Shown here one piece after another: positions 28,704 through 40,555 of a DNA stretch of 64,000 nt. The stretch is from an uncultured Alphaproteobacteria bacterium (lineage in GTDB: Bacteria; Pseudomonadota; Alphaproteobacteria; HIMB59; GCA-002718135). Where the stretch lies: positions 9,651-73,650 of the forward strand of contig CACHSZ010000002.1 in NCBI GenBank assembly GCA_902582755.1. Reading direction: 5' to 3'. The position numbers and the translations under genes are program-made. Each line of letters starts with the position of its first letter. Position 1 is the stretch's first letter. The notes beneath the pieces were generated by a model, which worked only from the letters and a program-made list of their open reading frames with translations, made no database searches and had not been told where the DNA came from.

Positions 28704-28836
28704 AAAAATAATGGAAAGTTTAAATTATCTCATAGACGAATATAAGCGTTTGAAAAAGAAAAAAGAAAAAAATAAACTTACAAGTGATGAACTTGAGACA
28801 TTCAAAAAATTAGAACAATATTTGGGTAAAAAATAA
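28696..28836 (+). CDS. hypothetical 46-aa Lys-rich helical small protein (not in the ORF track)
   Basis: MTKKIMESLNYLIDEYKRLKKKKEKNKLTSDELETFKKLEQYLGKK. Its ATG overlaps the MFS stop (ATGACTAA) and its TAA overlaps the zapE ATG (TAATG), so it fills the gap exactly. Confidence 0.45.
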   Translation: MTKKIMESLNYLIDEYKRLKKKKEKNKLTSDELETFKKLEQYLGKK

Positions 28837-29870
28837 TGTTTAATGTAATCGATCAGTACAATAGTTTTGTAGAAAATAATTTTATCAAAAAGAATGTTGA
28901 ACAAATTGAATTTTTAAAACAAGCTAATAATGCATGGTCTTCTTTTAGTAAAACTAAGCTGTTTTTTAAGGATAAAATTTTTGAAGGAATTTATCTCTAT
29001 GGTAAAGTAGGAACGGGAAAAACATTTTTATTAAATTTGTTTTATCAAAATAGTAAAATTGGAAAAAAAATTCATTTTAATAACTTGATGAATGAGATTC
29101 ATGATCAGGTAAAAAACTCAGATAATAAAGAACTTGCAATTGAAAATTATGTCAAGAATTTAAGTAGAGATTTCAAAATAATATTTATTGATGAGTTACA
29201 TATTTTTAATATTGTTGACGCATTGATCATAAAAAAAATATTTAATTATTTTTCAAAGTATAAAATATTTATATTACTTTCATCAAATTTTCATCCAGAT
29301 GATTTATATAAAGATGGTTTGCAGAGAAACGATTTTCTACCATTTATTGATTTAATTAAAGAAAATTTCTTCCTTTATGATATTAGTATTAAAACAGATT
29401 TTCGCCGACAAACATTAAATCAATCAAAAACATATTTCACACCTATAACAACTGAAACGACAAATGAATTTGAAAAATTATTTAATCGCTTTGTTGATCC
29501 CTCACATTTAACAACTGTAAAAATAAAATCTAAAAGTCGTGAACTAGAGTTTGATAAATGCACATCAAATCTAATGATGATAGATTTTGAAAATCTTTGT
29601 GAAGTAAATTTTGGTAATGAAGATTATAAAAATATTGCAGATAAATTTAAGTTGGTATTTTTAAAAAATGTTCCTGAATTTGATAATCAAAAAAAAGATT
29701 CGTGCAGAAGGTTTATTGGATTAATTGATATGTTATATGAAAATAATTGTTCAATTGTAATTTTAGCATCAAAACCTATAAATTCATTAAATAATATAAA
29801 TACTCTAGCGGAAGAATTTAAAAGAACTGCTAGCAGATTATATGAAATGACTATAGTAAAACCAGATTGA
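28836..29870 (+). CDS. zapE: AFG1-family ATPase (ZapE)
   Basis: 344 aa. Walker A GKVGTGKTFL, Walker B IIFIDELH and an AFG1-like layout. Confidence 0.85.
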   Translation: MFNVIDQYNSFVENNFIKKNVEQIEFLKQANNAWSSFSKTKLFFKDKIFEGIYLYGKVGTGKTFLLNLFYQNSKIGKKIHFNNLMNEIHDQVKNSDNKELAIENYVKNLSRDFKIIFIDELHIFNIVDALIIKKIFNYFSKYKIFILLSSNFHPDDLYKDGLQRNDFLPFIDLIKENFFLYDISIKTDFRRQTLNQSKTYFTPITTETTNEFEKLFNRFVDPSHLTTVKIKSKSRELEFDKCTSNLMMIDFENLCEVNFGNEDYKNIADKFKLVFLKNVPEFDNQKKDSCRRFIGLIDMLYENNCSIVILASKPINSLNNINTLAEEFKRTASRLYEMTIVKPD

Positions 29871-30856
29871 TGAAATACATAATCAGATTTTTAGTCAGTA
29901 CAGTAGTTTTATTAATAGTGGTTTATTTTACTGCAGGTTTTTATGTTGCTTATCAAATTTTAAAAATAGATCCAACTTGTGGTCTGCATGAAGGATCCCT
30001 TCCTAATACATGGAGTACAACAGTTGATTCACATGAATACTCAATTCTTGCACGACAAAAAGTAAGAGAAAATTTTAACTTTAAAGATTATTATTTAGAT
30101 GAATGGCAAGATGTATACTTTCAATCTCGTGACTCAGACATTAAGATTAATGGATGGCTGTTTAATTATTTTCCAAATAGACCAATTATAATTGTTACTC
30201 ACGGTATAAGTCCTAACGGTAAATGTAAGTCTGAAGCCAATCTTATTGCAAGTTTTTTAGTTAATAAAAAATTTAATGTTCTTACGATAGATTTAAGAAA
30301 CTACGGCCAAAGTGATACTGTAAGTAGTTATGATGATTTAGGTTTAAAATCATTTAATGATATTCTTGGTGCATTTGATTTTTTAAAAGAAATTGGTTTC
30401 AAGTCTAATAGCATTGGATTACATGGAATATCTCTTGGTGCAAGCACCTCTATTTTTGCAGCACATGCTGAACCGGAAATACGTGCAGTGTGGGCCGATA
30501 GTTCACTTGCTGAATTTAATATGATTTTAAAAGATGAAATAGCAAGATATGGTCTTAGTATAGAATTTGGGCCAGTAGTAAGTTTAGCTGGAAGAATCTT
30601 AACTGGAACTGATCCAAGAGAATTATCTCCAGCTAAAAAATTATCAAATAAACAACACTATTTTTTTACTCATGGCGATTCTGATACAAGAATCTTAACA
30701 AGACACTTTAACTATTTTAAAGATTATACAAATCAAAATAAAATTAATGCTGAGTTTTGGTTAGTTGAAAACTCTTATCATGTAGATGCTATGTTTAAAT
30801 ATCCAGAAGTATATTCCAAAAAGATGGAAGAATTTTTTAATAAAAATTTAAAGTAG
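29867..30856 (+). CDS. membrane-anchored alpha/beta-hydrolase
   Basis: 329 aa. N-terminal TM helix, nucleophile elbow GISLGAS, and candidate Asp (HGDSD) and His (SYHVDA) residues. Confidence 0.75.
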   Translation: MMKYIIRFLVSTVVLLIVVYFTAGFYVAYQILKIDPTCGLHEGSLPNTWSTTVDSHEYSILARQKVRENFNFKDYYLDEWQDVYFQSRDSDIKINGWLFNYFPNRPIIIVTHGISPNGKCKSEANLIASFLVNKKFNVLTIDLRNYGQSDTVSSYDDLGLKSFNDILGAFDFLKEIGFKSNSIGLHGISLGASTSIFAAHAEPEIRAVWADSSLAEFNMILKDEIARYGLSIEFGPVVSLAGRILTGTDPRELSPAKKLSNKQHYFFTHGDSDTRILTRHFNYFKDYTNQNKINAEFWLVENSYHVDAMFKYPEVYSKKMEEFFNKNLK

Positions 30857-30992
30857 GCCGGACTCTAAAACTAGTTTGTACCTTGGCAGACACCTCTCTA
30901 GAATAAGAAACTCAACTAATTATCAAACGGCGGGTAAGATAATTAAAAATTCTTGGCGTTCCTCCGAAGCTAAGAAACGAGTATTATCCGGC
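30857..30992. ncRNA. candidate structured RNA of unknown family (strand unresolved)
   Basis: The locally GC-rich segment starts directly at the hydrolase stop codon. The closing helix pairs 30858-30866 with 30979-30981 plus 30987-30992. An 8-bp hairpin pairs 30917-30924 with 30938-30945. An 8+3-bp hairpin at 30950-30976 has loop CUCC. Confidence 0.4.
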
Positions 30993-31042
30993 TTATTCAA
31001 AGTAATATCTATCTATTTAAAATTCAAGATTTTTAGTGAAAT

Positions 31043-31072
31043 TTGACATTAAATTTGGTTGATTCTTATAAA
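31043..31072 (+). promoter_or_regulatory. putative sigma70-type promoter for the sdh operon
   Basis: TTGACA (31043-31048), a 17/18-nt spacer, then TTATAAA (31066-31072), about 115 nt upstream of the sdhC ATG. Such matches are weakly specific in AT-rich DNA. Confidence 0.3.
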
Positions 31073-31186
31073 ATATGGCACTTTTTATCAACATTTTACG
31101 AACTTCCATGATAGTAAGAAAAAAAAACTAAATCATTAATATTTTGAAATTTAAAGAAAAATACTTACTTATGAAACATAGGAAAT

Positions 31187-31567
31187 ATGAAAAAAATGAC
31201 TGATAATAGACCATTATCACCTCACCTATCTATTCACAAAAGAGTACTTACAGCAGTATTTTCAATTTTTCATAGGATATCTGGAATAGGATTAAGTGTT
31301 GGTGCACTATTAATTTCAATGTGGTTTTTTTTGATTAGTTTAGGTCCAGAATTTTATATTTATTTTGAAACTCTTTCTAAGGGTATTTTGTTTAAACTAG
31401 TTCTAATAATTTGGACTGTTGGTATTTTTTATCACTTATTCAATGGATGTAGAAAATTATATTGGTCATTCGGTATTGGAATGGAATTATCTCAAGTATA
31501 TAAATCTGGATACGCTGTTATATGTTTAACTTTAATTTCTAGTATAGTTGTTTGGTATTTTGCATGA
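31187..31567 (+). CDS. sdhC: succinate dehydrogenase cytochrome b556 subunit
   Basis: 126 aa, RPLSPHLSIHK motif, 3 TM segments. Confidence 0.9.
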   Translation: MKKMTDNRPLSPHLSIHKRVLTAVFSIFHRISGIGLSVGALLISMWFFLISLGPEFYIYFETLSKGILFKLVLIIWTVGIFYHLFNGCRKLYWSFGIGMELSQVYKSGYAVICLTLISSIVVWYFA

Positions 31568-31893
31568 AAAATTATGCTCTTAAATGGTTAACCCAGAGAA
31601 TCACTGCTTCAATTTTAATTCCGTTGACGTTTTGGTTTATATATTCTGCAATATCCTTATCAAAGATGACTTATTCTGAAGTAGAAATTTTTTTTCAATC
31701 TTATCTTAATGCATTTTTATTTTTCATTATGATGCAATCTATGCTTCTACATTCAAAATTGGGTCTGCAAACAATTATTGAAGATTATGTCACATCGAAA
31801 AAAACAGCCAAATTTATTAAAGTAACGATTAATTATCTTGTTTATTTTATCATGGTTTTAATTACAGTAAATTTAGCGAGAATGGTGTTTTAA
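31564..31893 (+). CDS. sdhD: succinate dehydrogenase hydrophobic membrane anchor subunit
   Basis: About 109 aa, 3 TM segments. ATG at 31564 overlaps the sdhC TGA (ATGA). The TTG at 31552 in the ORF track is less likely. Confidence 0.85.
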   Translation: MKNYALKWLTQRITASILIPLTFWFIYSAISLSKMTYSEVEIFFQSYLNAFLFFIMMQSMLLHSKLGLQTIIEDYVTSKKTAKFIKVTINYLVYFIMVLITVNLARMVF

Positions 31894-33687
31894 ATGACTA
31901 ATTCATACAAAATTATTGATCACCATTATGACGTTGTAGTTGTCGGAGCTGGAGGATCAGGACTGAGAGCTACGCTTGGATGTGCAGAAGCTGGATTAAA
32001 AACAGCTTGTATATCAAAAGTGTTTCCAACAAGAAGTCATACTGTTGCAGCACAAGGTGGAATTGGAGCAGCTCTAGGTAATATGGGCGAAGATAATTGG
32101 AAGTGGCACATGTATGATACAGTTAAGGGTTCCGACTGGCTTGGAGATCAAGATGCAATTGAATACTTATGTTCTAAAGCTCCTGAAGCAGTAATTGAAC
32201 TTGAAGAATATGGAATGCCTTTTAGTAGAACAGATGATGGAAAGATCTATCAAAGACCCTTTGGTGGTCACTTAACTAATAATGGGGAAGGAGCACCTGC
32301 TATGAGAGCTTGTGCAGCAGCTGATAGAACGGGACATGCTTTACTCCACACACTTTATCAGCAATCACTAAAAAATAATGTAGAATTTTATATTGAATAT
32401 TTTGTTTTAGATTTAATTTCTGATGATGAAGGTAATTGTATTGGTGTGGTAACATGGTGCTTAGAGGATGGATCAATTCATCGATTTATATCTCATCAAA
32501 CAATTCTAGCTACTGGTGGATATGGTAGAGCTTACTTCTCATCTACGAGTGCTCACATATGTACTGGTGACGGTAGCGCAATGGCTTTAAGACAAAACCT
32601 ACCTCTTTCTGATATGGAATTTATTCAGTTCCATCCAACTGGAGTTTACGGTGCAGGAGTGTTAATCACTGAGGGAGCAAGAGGAGAAGGTGGATATTTA
32701 ACTAATAGTGATGGTGAAAGATTTATGGAAAGATATGCTCCAAATGCAAAAGATCTAGCATCAAGGGATGTAGTAAGCCGAGCAATGACAATTGAAATTA
32801 GTGAAAATAGAGGTTGTGGAGACAATGCCGATCATGTGCTTCTTCATCTTGAGCACATTGATGCTGATACATTACATAAAAGATTACCTGGTATTTCAGA
32901 AACTGCAAAAATATTTGCTGGAGTTGATCTGACTAAAGATCCAATACCAGTTCTTCCAACGGTTCATTATAATATGGGTGGTATACCGACAAATTATAGA
33001 ACAGAAGTTTTAAGACCAACAAATGAAAATCCAGATAATGTATGTGAAGGTTTAATGGCTGTTGGTGAGGCTGCATGTGTGTCTGTACACGGTGCAAATA
33101 GATTAGGAACAAATTCATTAATTGATCTTGTTGTTTTTGGCAAAGCCGCTAGTCTAACATGTAAAGAAAAAGTAAAACCAAATTCTAAAAAAATTGAAAT
33201 TAGTAAATCAAAAACAGATATTATTATTGATAGATTTGATAAGATTAGAAACAGCAAAGGAAACTCTACAACTGGAGAACTTCGCACTTCAATGCAACAT
33301 ATAATGCAGCAAAAATGCGCAGTATTTAGAACACATGATCTCATATCAAAAGGTATTGAAGAATATTCAAAAGTTGAAAGCTCAATGGATGACATAGATA
33401 TTAAAGACAAATCATTAATCTTTAATACAGACTTGGTCGAAGCTTTAGAGTTACACAACTTAATGGCACAATCAAAAGTAACTCTTCATTCTGCGTTAAA
33501 TCGAACTGAAAGTAGAGGTGCACATGCAAGAGAAGATTATAAAGAAAGAGATGATAATAATTGGTTAGTTCACTCTTTAGCTTGGTTAAACGATAAGGGA
33601 GATGTCAGTATGGGTTCTAGAGGTGTTCACATGAATACTCTAACTAATCATGTTCAACCAATACCACCTAAAAGAAGAGTTTATTAA
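31894..33687 (+). CDS. sdhA: succinate dehydrogenase flavoprotein subunit
   Basis: 597 aa. [22 protein letters not shown] (FAD-His) and HGANRLG. Confidence 0.97.
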   Translation: MTNSYKIIDHHYDVVVVGAGGSGLRATLGCAEAGLKTACISKVFPTRSHTVAAQGGIGAALGNMGEDNWKWHMYDTVKGSDWLGDQDAIEYLCSKAPEAVIELEEYGMPFSRTDDGKIYQRPFGGHLTNNGEGAPAMRACAAADRTGHALLHTLYQQSLKNNVEFYIEYFVLDLISDDEGNCIGVVTWCLEDGSIHRFISHQTILATGGYGRAYFSSTSAHICTGDGSAMALRQNLPLSDMEFIQFHPTGVYGAGVLITEGARGEGGYLTNSDGERFMERYAPNAKDLASRDVVSRAMTIEISENRGCGDNADHVLLHLEHIDADTLHKRLPGISETAKIFAGVDLTKDPIPVLPTVHYNMGGIPTNYRTEVLRPTNENPDNVCEGLMAVGEAACVSVHGANRLGTNSLIDLVVFGKAASLTCKEKVKPNSKKIEISKSKTDIIIDRFDKIRNSKGNSTTGELRTSMQHIMQQKCAVFRTHDLISKGIEEYSKVESSMDDIDIKDKSLIFNTDLVEALELHNLMAQSKVTLHSALNRTESRGAHAREDYKERDDNNWLVHSLAWLNDKGDVSMGSRGVHMNTLTNHVQPIPPKRRVY

Positions 33688-34478
33688 TGGCTCAGTTTAC
33701 ACTCCCTACGAATTCAAAAATAACTAAAGGGAAAACTCACCAATTAAAAGAACCTGCAAATGATCCAAAGAAACTTGCAATCTACAGATGGGATCCCGAA
33801 GATGATAAAAATCCCAGAATAGATAATTATGAGATAGATCAAGAAAAGTGCGGCCCAATGGTATTAGACGCACTTATGAAAATAAAAAACGAAATTGACC
33901 CGACTTTAACATTTAGAAGATCTTGCAGAGAAGGAGTTTGTGGTTCTTGTGCTATGAATATTGATGGTGTTAACACATTAGCATGTTTGAAAAGCATGTC
34001 CGAAGTTAAGAATGAAATCAAAATTTATCCTCTTCCGCATATGCGTGTTGTAAAAGATTTAGTTCCAGATCTAAGTAAAGCTTATGAGCAACTAGCTTCC
34101 ATTAAACCTTGGTTGCAGCGTAAAAAAACAAATGAAAAAGAAAAAAACTCGCGAGACGAAAAAAAACAATCACCAAAAGAAAGAGAAAAACTAGATGGTA
34201 AATGGGAGTGTGTATTATGTTTTTGCTGCACTACTTCCTGCCCAAGTTATTGGTGGAATGGAGATGAATATCTAGGACCTGCAGTTCTTTTGCAAGCAGC
34301 AAGATGGGTAAGTGACTCTAGAGACTCAGAAAGAAAAGAGAGATTAAAAGCAATAAATGATTCATTAAAACTTTATAGATGTCATTCAATAATGAATTGT
34401 ACCAGGTCTTGTCCTAAAGGTCTAAATCCAGCCAAAGAAATTGCTGGACTTAAAAAGGCTATTGTTACAGAATTATAA
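33687..34478 (+). CDS. sdhB: succinate dehydrogenase iron-sulfur subunit
   Basis: 263 aa. [27 protein letters not shown] and [12 protein letters not shown] cluster motifs. Confidence 0.97.
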   Translation: MAQFTLPTNSKITKGKTHQLKEPANDPKKLAIYRWDPEDDKNPRIDNYEIDQEKCGPMVLDALMKIKNEIDPTLTFRRSCREGVCGSCAMNIDGVNTLACLKSMSEVKNEIKIYPLPHMRVVKDLVPDLSKAYEQLASIKPWLQRKKTNEKEKNSRDEKKQSPKEREKLDGKWECVLCFCCTTSCPSYWWNGDEYLGPAVLLQAARWVSDSRDSERKERLKAINDSLKLYRCHSIMNCTRSCPKGLNPAKEIAGLKKAIVTEL

Positions 34479-35459
<981 letters not shown>

Positions 35460-35500
35460 TTGTATTTTTCATCTAATCTAACTATTACCTTTTTATCAAA

Positions 35501-36685
35501 ATGAATTTGCATGAATATCAAGCTAAAGATCTACTAAGAAAGTACAATCTACCTATACTTGAAGGCAAAAGTTACATTAAAAATGTTGACGATTTAGAAA
35601 AAGATTTACAACATTTAAAAGGACCACCCTGGGTTATCAAATCACAGATACATGCTGGAGGAAGAGGAGCAGGGAAATTTTTAAAACCATTTAATACAAA
35701 GGGTGGAGTACAAATAACAGAATCAATTGATGATGCACAAAAAATTGCAAAAGGAATGATGGGCAACATATTGATTACAAAACAAACAGGTAATGAAGGA
35801 AAGTTAGTAAACAGGATCTACTTAGAAGCTGGATGTGAAATTGATAGGGAATATTATTTAAGTATTCTTCTTGATAGGAATCAATCAAAATTAATGATGA
35901 TGGTATCTGATGCTGGTGGTGTAGACATAGAGGATGTGGCTGAAAAAACACCAGAAAGAATTCAATATGTTTATTTTGATAACTTAGAAGATTTTACAAT
36001 TAGTGATAGTCTTCAAAATAAATTAAACTTTTCTATTAATGAGTTTAATCAATTTAAAGAAATTATTTCAAATTTATGTAAGGCTTATGTCGAAATAGAT
36101 GCTTCTTTAATTGAAATTAATCCTCTTGTTGTGACAAAAGATGAAAAACTAATTCTTTTAGATGCTAAAATTAATATTGATGATAATGCTCTTTATAGAC
36201 AGGCTGAAATTGAAAAATTAAAAGATACTTCAGAAGAAAATGATTTGGAACTTGAAGCTTCTGAAAACGATATGGTTTACATTAAACTAGATGGAAAAAT
36301 AGGCTGTATGGTTAACGGAGCTGGGCTAGCTATGGCAACTATGGATATTATTAAACAATTTGGAATGGAGCCAGCCAATTTTTTAGATTTAGGTGGTACA
36401 GCAAATAAAGAAAGAGCCATTAAAGCTTTCAAGATTATCCAATCAGATAAAAATGTGAAATCTGTCTTCATAAATATTTTTGGAGGAATTATCCATTGTG
36501 ATATGATTGCTAATGGTATCATTGATGCAATTAAAGAATTAGATTTTAAACTTCCTGTTGTTGTACGTTTTCAAGGAACAAATTCCAAAGAAGGAAGAGA
36601 CATTATAAATAGTTCATCATTAGGATTAATTTCAATTGATGATTTTTCAAATGCAGCTCAGAAAGCTGTAGAGCTATCAGAATAA
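35501..36685 (+). CDS. sucC: succinyl-CoA synthetase beta subunit
   Basis: 394 aa. [12 protein letters not shown], the ATP-grasp domain and [15 protein letters not shown]. Confidence 0.97.
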   Translation: MNLHEYQAKDLLRKYNLPILEGKSYIKNVDDLEKDLQHLKGPPWVIKSQIHAGGRGAGKFLKPFNTKGGVQITESIDDAQKIAKGMMGNILITKQTGNEGKLVNRIYLEAGCEIDREYYLSILLDRNQSKLMMMVSDAGGVDIEDVAEKTPERIQYVYFDNLEDFTISDSLQNKLNFSINEFNQFKEIISNLCKAYVEIDASLIEINPLVVTKDEKLILLDAKINIDDNALYRQAEIEKLKDTSEENDLELEASENDMVYIKLDGKIGCMVNGAGLAMATMDIIKQFGMEPANFLDLGGTANKERAIKAFKIIQSDKNVKSVFINIFGGIIHCDMIANGIIDAIKELDFKLPVVVRFQGTNSKEGRDIINSSSLGLISIDDFSNAAQKAVELSE

Positions 36686-37569
36686 TGTCAATTTTAGTTA
36701 ATAAGAATACAAGACTTATTTGCCAAGGCTTTACTGGTTCTCAAGGAACATATCATTCTGAACAAGCTATAGCATATGGCACAAACCTTGTTGGCGGTGT
36801 CACGCCTGGAAAAGGAGGGCAGACTCATTTAAATTTACCTGTGTTTAATACCGTTGCTGATGCAGTTAAACAAACTGCAGCAAATGCAACAGTTATTTAT
36901 GTACCTGCAAAGTTTGCTGCTAGAGCAATTCATGAGGCTTTAGATGCAAACATTGAATTAATTGTTTGTATTACAGAAGGTATTCCAGTCTTAGATATGA
37001 TTGATATAAAAAAAAGAATTATTAATAATAAAACATATTTAATTGGACCAAACTGTCCAGGGTTAATCACCCCTTCCGAATGCAAGATTGGTATCATGCC
37101 TGGCTTCATCCATAAAAAAGGTAAAATAGGAATAGTAAGTAGATCAGGAACATTAACTTATGAAGCTGTTGCACAAACTACAGAGGTAGGATTAGGCCAA
37201 TCAACATGTGTTGGTATAGGTGGAGATCCAATACATGGGATGGATTTTGTAGATTGTATAAAGTTATTTTTAGAAGACGATGAAACCGAAGGCATTTTAA
37301 TGATTGGAGAAATTGGTGGCGAAGAAGAAGAAAATGCGGCAGAATTTATTTCAAATTCAAAAATAAAAAAACCAGTTTCAGCATTTATAGCTGGACAATC
37401 AGCACCTAAAGGAAAGCGTATGGGTCATGCAGGCGCTATTGTCTCAGGTTCAAAAGGGACAGCACTTTCGAAAATTGAATCTTTAAAAAATGCGGGAGTT
37501 TTGGTATCAAAATCCCCAGCATCATTAGGAAAAACAATGAAATTAGCAATGCAAAATGGGAATAATTAG
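36685..37569 (+). CDS. sucD: succinyl-CoA synthetase alpha subunit
   Basis: 294 aa. [19 protein letters not shown] and MGHAGAI (phospho-His). Confidence 0.97.
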   Translation: MSILVNKNTRLICQGFTGSQGTYHSEQAIAYGTNLVGGVTPGKGGQTHLNLPVFNTVADAVKQTAANATVIYVPAKFAARAIHEALDANIELIVCITEGIPVLDMIDIKKRIINNKTYLIGPNCPGLITPSECKIGIMPGFIHKKGKIGIVSRSGTLTYEAVAQTTEVGLGQSTCVGIGGDPIHGMDFVDCIKLFLEDDETEGILMIGEIGGEEEENAAEFISNSKIKKPVSAFIAGQSAPKGKRMGHAGAIVSGSKGTALSKIESLKNAGVLVSKSPASLGKTMKLAMQNGNN

Positions 37570-37620
37570 TTTCCATTAGTATGATTGTTATGCGAAATGG
37601 TTTTAGTTTAATAAAAATTT

Positions 37621-40524
37621 ATGAATGATACTTTCTTAAATAGTGCTAATGCGCCATATGTGGCCGAACTATATTCTAAATTTAGAAATGATCCTGAAAG
37701 TGTGGACACAACTTGGAAAGATTTTTTTAACAATTTGAATGAGGATGAATACTCAGTTCTTAAAGATTTTGGAGGACCAAAATGGAAAGAACGTCCCTCA
37801 AGTATTATAGATAAAAATTATATAACTAAAGTTATAAAATCAAATGCGAATTACAACTCTGAAGAATTTAGAATTTCAACTTTAGATTCAATTAGAGCAT
37901 TAAGATTAATTAGAGCTTTTAGAATTAATGGACATTTAATTGCAGATCTTGATCCCTTAGGAATATCTGAAAGAGAGTATCCTCAAGAGTTGGATTATAG
38001 AAGTTATGGTTTTAATGAATCAGATTTAGAAAAAGAAATATTCATTGATGGAAGCTTGGGTTTAGAAAAAGGTAAATTAAAAAATATCATTAAAATATTA
38101 AAAGAAACTTATTCTGCGTCAATTGGTGTTGAATTTTTACACATACAACAAGCTGATCAAAAACAATGGGTACAAGAAAGAATTGAAGAAGTAAGAAATA
38201 AAACAAATTTTACAAATGAAGGAAAAAAAGCAATCTATAAAAGATTAGTTGAATCAGAACTATTTGAACAGTTTTTAGATAAAAAGTTTTTAGGTACAAA
38301 GAGATACGGTATCGAAGGCGGTGAAGCGATGATACCTGGGATAGAACAAATTGTTAAACAGGCATGTTTGTCTGGAATTGAAGATATTATCATTGGAACA
38401 GCTCATCGAGGGAGACTAACACTTCTATCAAGTGTTTTGGAAATGCCTTACAAAAAAATATTATCAAAATTCCAAGGTTCTTTAAACGATCCAAATGAGG
38501 TACTTGGTTCCGGTGATGTAAAATATCATTTAGGAGTTTCTGCTGATCGTGAATTTGAAAAAAAGAAAATTCATTTATCGCTAACTTCTAACCCTTCCCA
38601 TTTAGAAGCAGTTAACCCAGTCGTAGCAGGAAAAGTAAGAGCAAAACAAACTTTAGCTAAAGATAAAACAACTGATAAAGTTATAGGTTTATTAATCCAT
38701 GGAGATGCAGCAATAGCTGGACAAGGTGTAGTAGCTGAAACATTTGCTATGTCACAATTAAGAGGGTTTAAAACTGGTGGTACCATTCACTTTGTAATTA
38801 ATAATCAGATAGGTTTTACAACAATGCCACAATATGGACGATCAGCGCCTTATTGTACTGAAATTGCAAAAATGGTTCAGGCACCAATATTTCATGTCAA
38901 TGGCGATGACCCAGAAGCAGTAGTTCATGTTTGTAGACTTGCAACGGAATTTAGAAATAAATTTAAAGTCGATGTTGTGGTAGATATGTTTTGCTACAGA
39001 AGATCAGGACACAACGAAGCTGATGAACCTTCTTTTACTCAGCCACTAATGTATAAGGCTATCAAAAAACAAATCACAACAAGAAAAAAATATGAAAAAA
39101 AATTAATTGAGAACAATACTCTTTCAGAAGAAGAATCCAGAGATATTGTAGATTCTTTTAAAAATTTTTTAGATAAAGAATTTGAATCAACTAAAAATTA
39201 TAAACCAAATAAAGTAGATTGGTTAGAGGGAACTTGGACAGGTTTATCAACCGCAACATTTGATGCGAGAAGAGGAAAAACTTCTGTAAAAGAAAAAACA
39301 TTATTGAATATAGCAAATAAAATTCATGAAATACCGGCGGATTTTAATGCTCATAGAAGAATAAAAAAAATTTATGGAGACCGATTAACAAGTGTCATCA
39401 ATGGAAAAGGTATTGATTGGGCAACCTCTGAAAGTTTAGCTTTAGCGACACTTTTAGATGAGGGATACGGTGTTCGAATATCTGGACAAGATGTTGGAAG
39501 AGGAACATTTAGTCATAGACATGGTGTACTATACGACCAAGAAAACGAAAATCGTTTTGTTCCATTAAGACACTTTCAAAATAAGCAAGGTTACTTTGAA
39601 ATTATAGATAGTTTTCTATCTGAGTTTGGTGTTCTTGGTTTTGAATATGGATATTCGCAAGTTGATCCTAAGACACTTGTTATATGGGAAGCACAGTTTG
39701 GTGATTTTGCAAATGGTGCACAAATTATGATTGATCAATTCATAAGCTCTGGAGAAAGAAAATGGTTGAGAATGTCTGGTTTAACGATGCTTCTTCCCCA
39801 CGGACATGAGGGCCAAGGTCCTGAGCATACAAGTGGAAGATTAGAAAGATTTTTACAGATGTGTGCAGAAGATAATATGCAAATTGTTAATTGCACAAGT
39901 CCTGCTAATTATTTTCATGTTTTAAGAAGGCAGCTACATAGAAACTTTAGGAAACCTCTAATTATATTTACACCAAAATCTACACTTAGACATAAATCTA
40001 ATGTTTCTAATATTGAGGATTATATTAATGGATCAACTTTCCATAGAATTCTTACTGATAAATTATCTGTTAAAGAAAAAAGGAAAAATAAAAGATTAAT
40101 CATTTGTTCTGGCAAAATATATTTTGAACTTGCAGATCACATAGCAAAAAATAAAATTAAAAATTTATCCATAATAAGATTGGAGCAGATTTATCCATTT
40201 CCTTATGAAAACTTTAGAGATGAATTAAAACATTATACGGATGCTGAAATTGTCTGGGCACAAGAAGAGCCAAAAAATATGGGTGCCTGGGGTTTTGTGA
40301 AAGGTAGATTGGAAAGTGTTATGCAGGAATCCAAAGTTAAACAAGAAAAAATATTTTATGTTGGTAGAAGTCCAGCTGCGTCTCCTGCTGCTGGTTCTTT
40401 AGAAAGACACTTAACTAACCAAGAAACTATTATAAAAATGGCAACTGAAGATTCGATTAGCAAAATTATCAAATCTTGGGCAGGTATTTCAACAAAATTA
40501 AAGACTAATCTGCCAATTGAATAA
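37621..40524 (+). CDS. sucA: 2-oxoglutarate dehydrogenase E1 component
   Basis: 967 aa. GMAHRGRL-type AHRGRLTLL, HGDAAIAGQG and LLPHGHEGQGPEH. Confidence 0.97.
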   Translation: MNDTFLNSANAPYVAELYSKFRNDPESVDTTWKDFFNNLNEDEYSVLKDFGGPKWKERPSSIIDKNYITKVIKSNANYNSEEFRISTLDSIRALRLIRAFRINGHLIADLDPLGISEREYPQELDYRSYGFNESDLEKEIFIDGSLGLEKGKLKNIIKILKETYSASIGVEFLHIQQADQKQWVQERIEEVRNKTNFTNEGKKAIYKRLVESELFEQFLDKKFLGTKRYGIEGGEAMIPGIEQIVKQACLSGIEDIIIGTAHRGRLTLLSSVLEMPYKKILSKFQGSLNDPNEVLGSGDVKYHLGVSADREFEKKKIHLSLTSNPSHLEAVNPVVAGKVRAKQTLAKDKTTDKVIGLLIHGDAAIAGQGVVAETFAMSQLRGFKTGGTIHFVINNQIGFTTMPQYGRSAPYCTEIAKMVQAPIFHVNGDDPEAVVHVCRLATEFRNKFKVDVVVDMFCYRRSGHNEADEPSFTQPLMYKAIKKQITTRKKYEKKLIENNTLSEEESRDIVDSFKNFLDKEFESTKNYKPNKVDWLEGTWTGLSTATFDARRGKTSVKEKTLLNIANKIHEIPADFNAHRRIKKIYGDRLTSVINGKGIDWATSESLALATLLDEGYGVRISGQDVGRGTFSHRHGVLYDQENENRFVPLRHFQNKQGYFEIIDSFLSEFGVLGFEYGYSQVDPKTLVIWEAQFGDFANGAQIMIDQFISSGERKWLRMSGLTMLLPHGHEGQGPEHTSGRLERFLQMCAEDNMQIVNCTSPANYFHVLRRQLHRNFRKPLIIFTPKSTLRHKSNVSNIEDYINGSTFHRILTDKLSVKEKRKNKRLIICSGKIYFELADHIAKNKIKNLSIIRLEQIYPFPYENFRDELKHYTDAEIVWAQEEPKNMGAWGFVKGRLESVMQESKVKQEKIFYVGRSPAASPAAGSLERHLTNQETIIKMATEDSISKIIKSWAGISTKLKTNLPIE

Positions 40525-40555
40525 ATTGACGTAAATGTTATTAAGCATTTAATTA

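Noticed and set aside
30857-30992. Possible glycine riboswitch, SRP (4.5S) RNA or 6S RNA identity for the structured element
   Set aside because: The minus strand shows loose resemblance to known motifs: AGAGAGG...GCCAAGGUACAA against the glycine GGAGAG...CCGAAGGGGCAA, and UUCGGAGGAACGCCAAG against the SRP CCGGAAGGAAGCAGCCAAGG. However, the key conserved nucleotides are missing and there is no downstream minus-strand gene to regulate. The length and shape also do not fit 6S. It is kept as an unclassified candidate instead.
37581-37628. 15-codon upstream ORF (MIVMRNGFSLIKIYE) overlapping the sucA start codon
   Set aside because: It is very short with no SD, and such ORFs arise by chance. There is no evidence for a leader-peptide mechanism and no run of regulatory codons.
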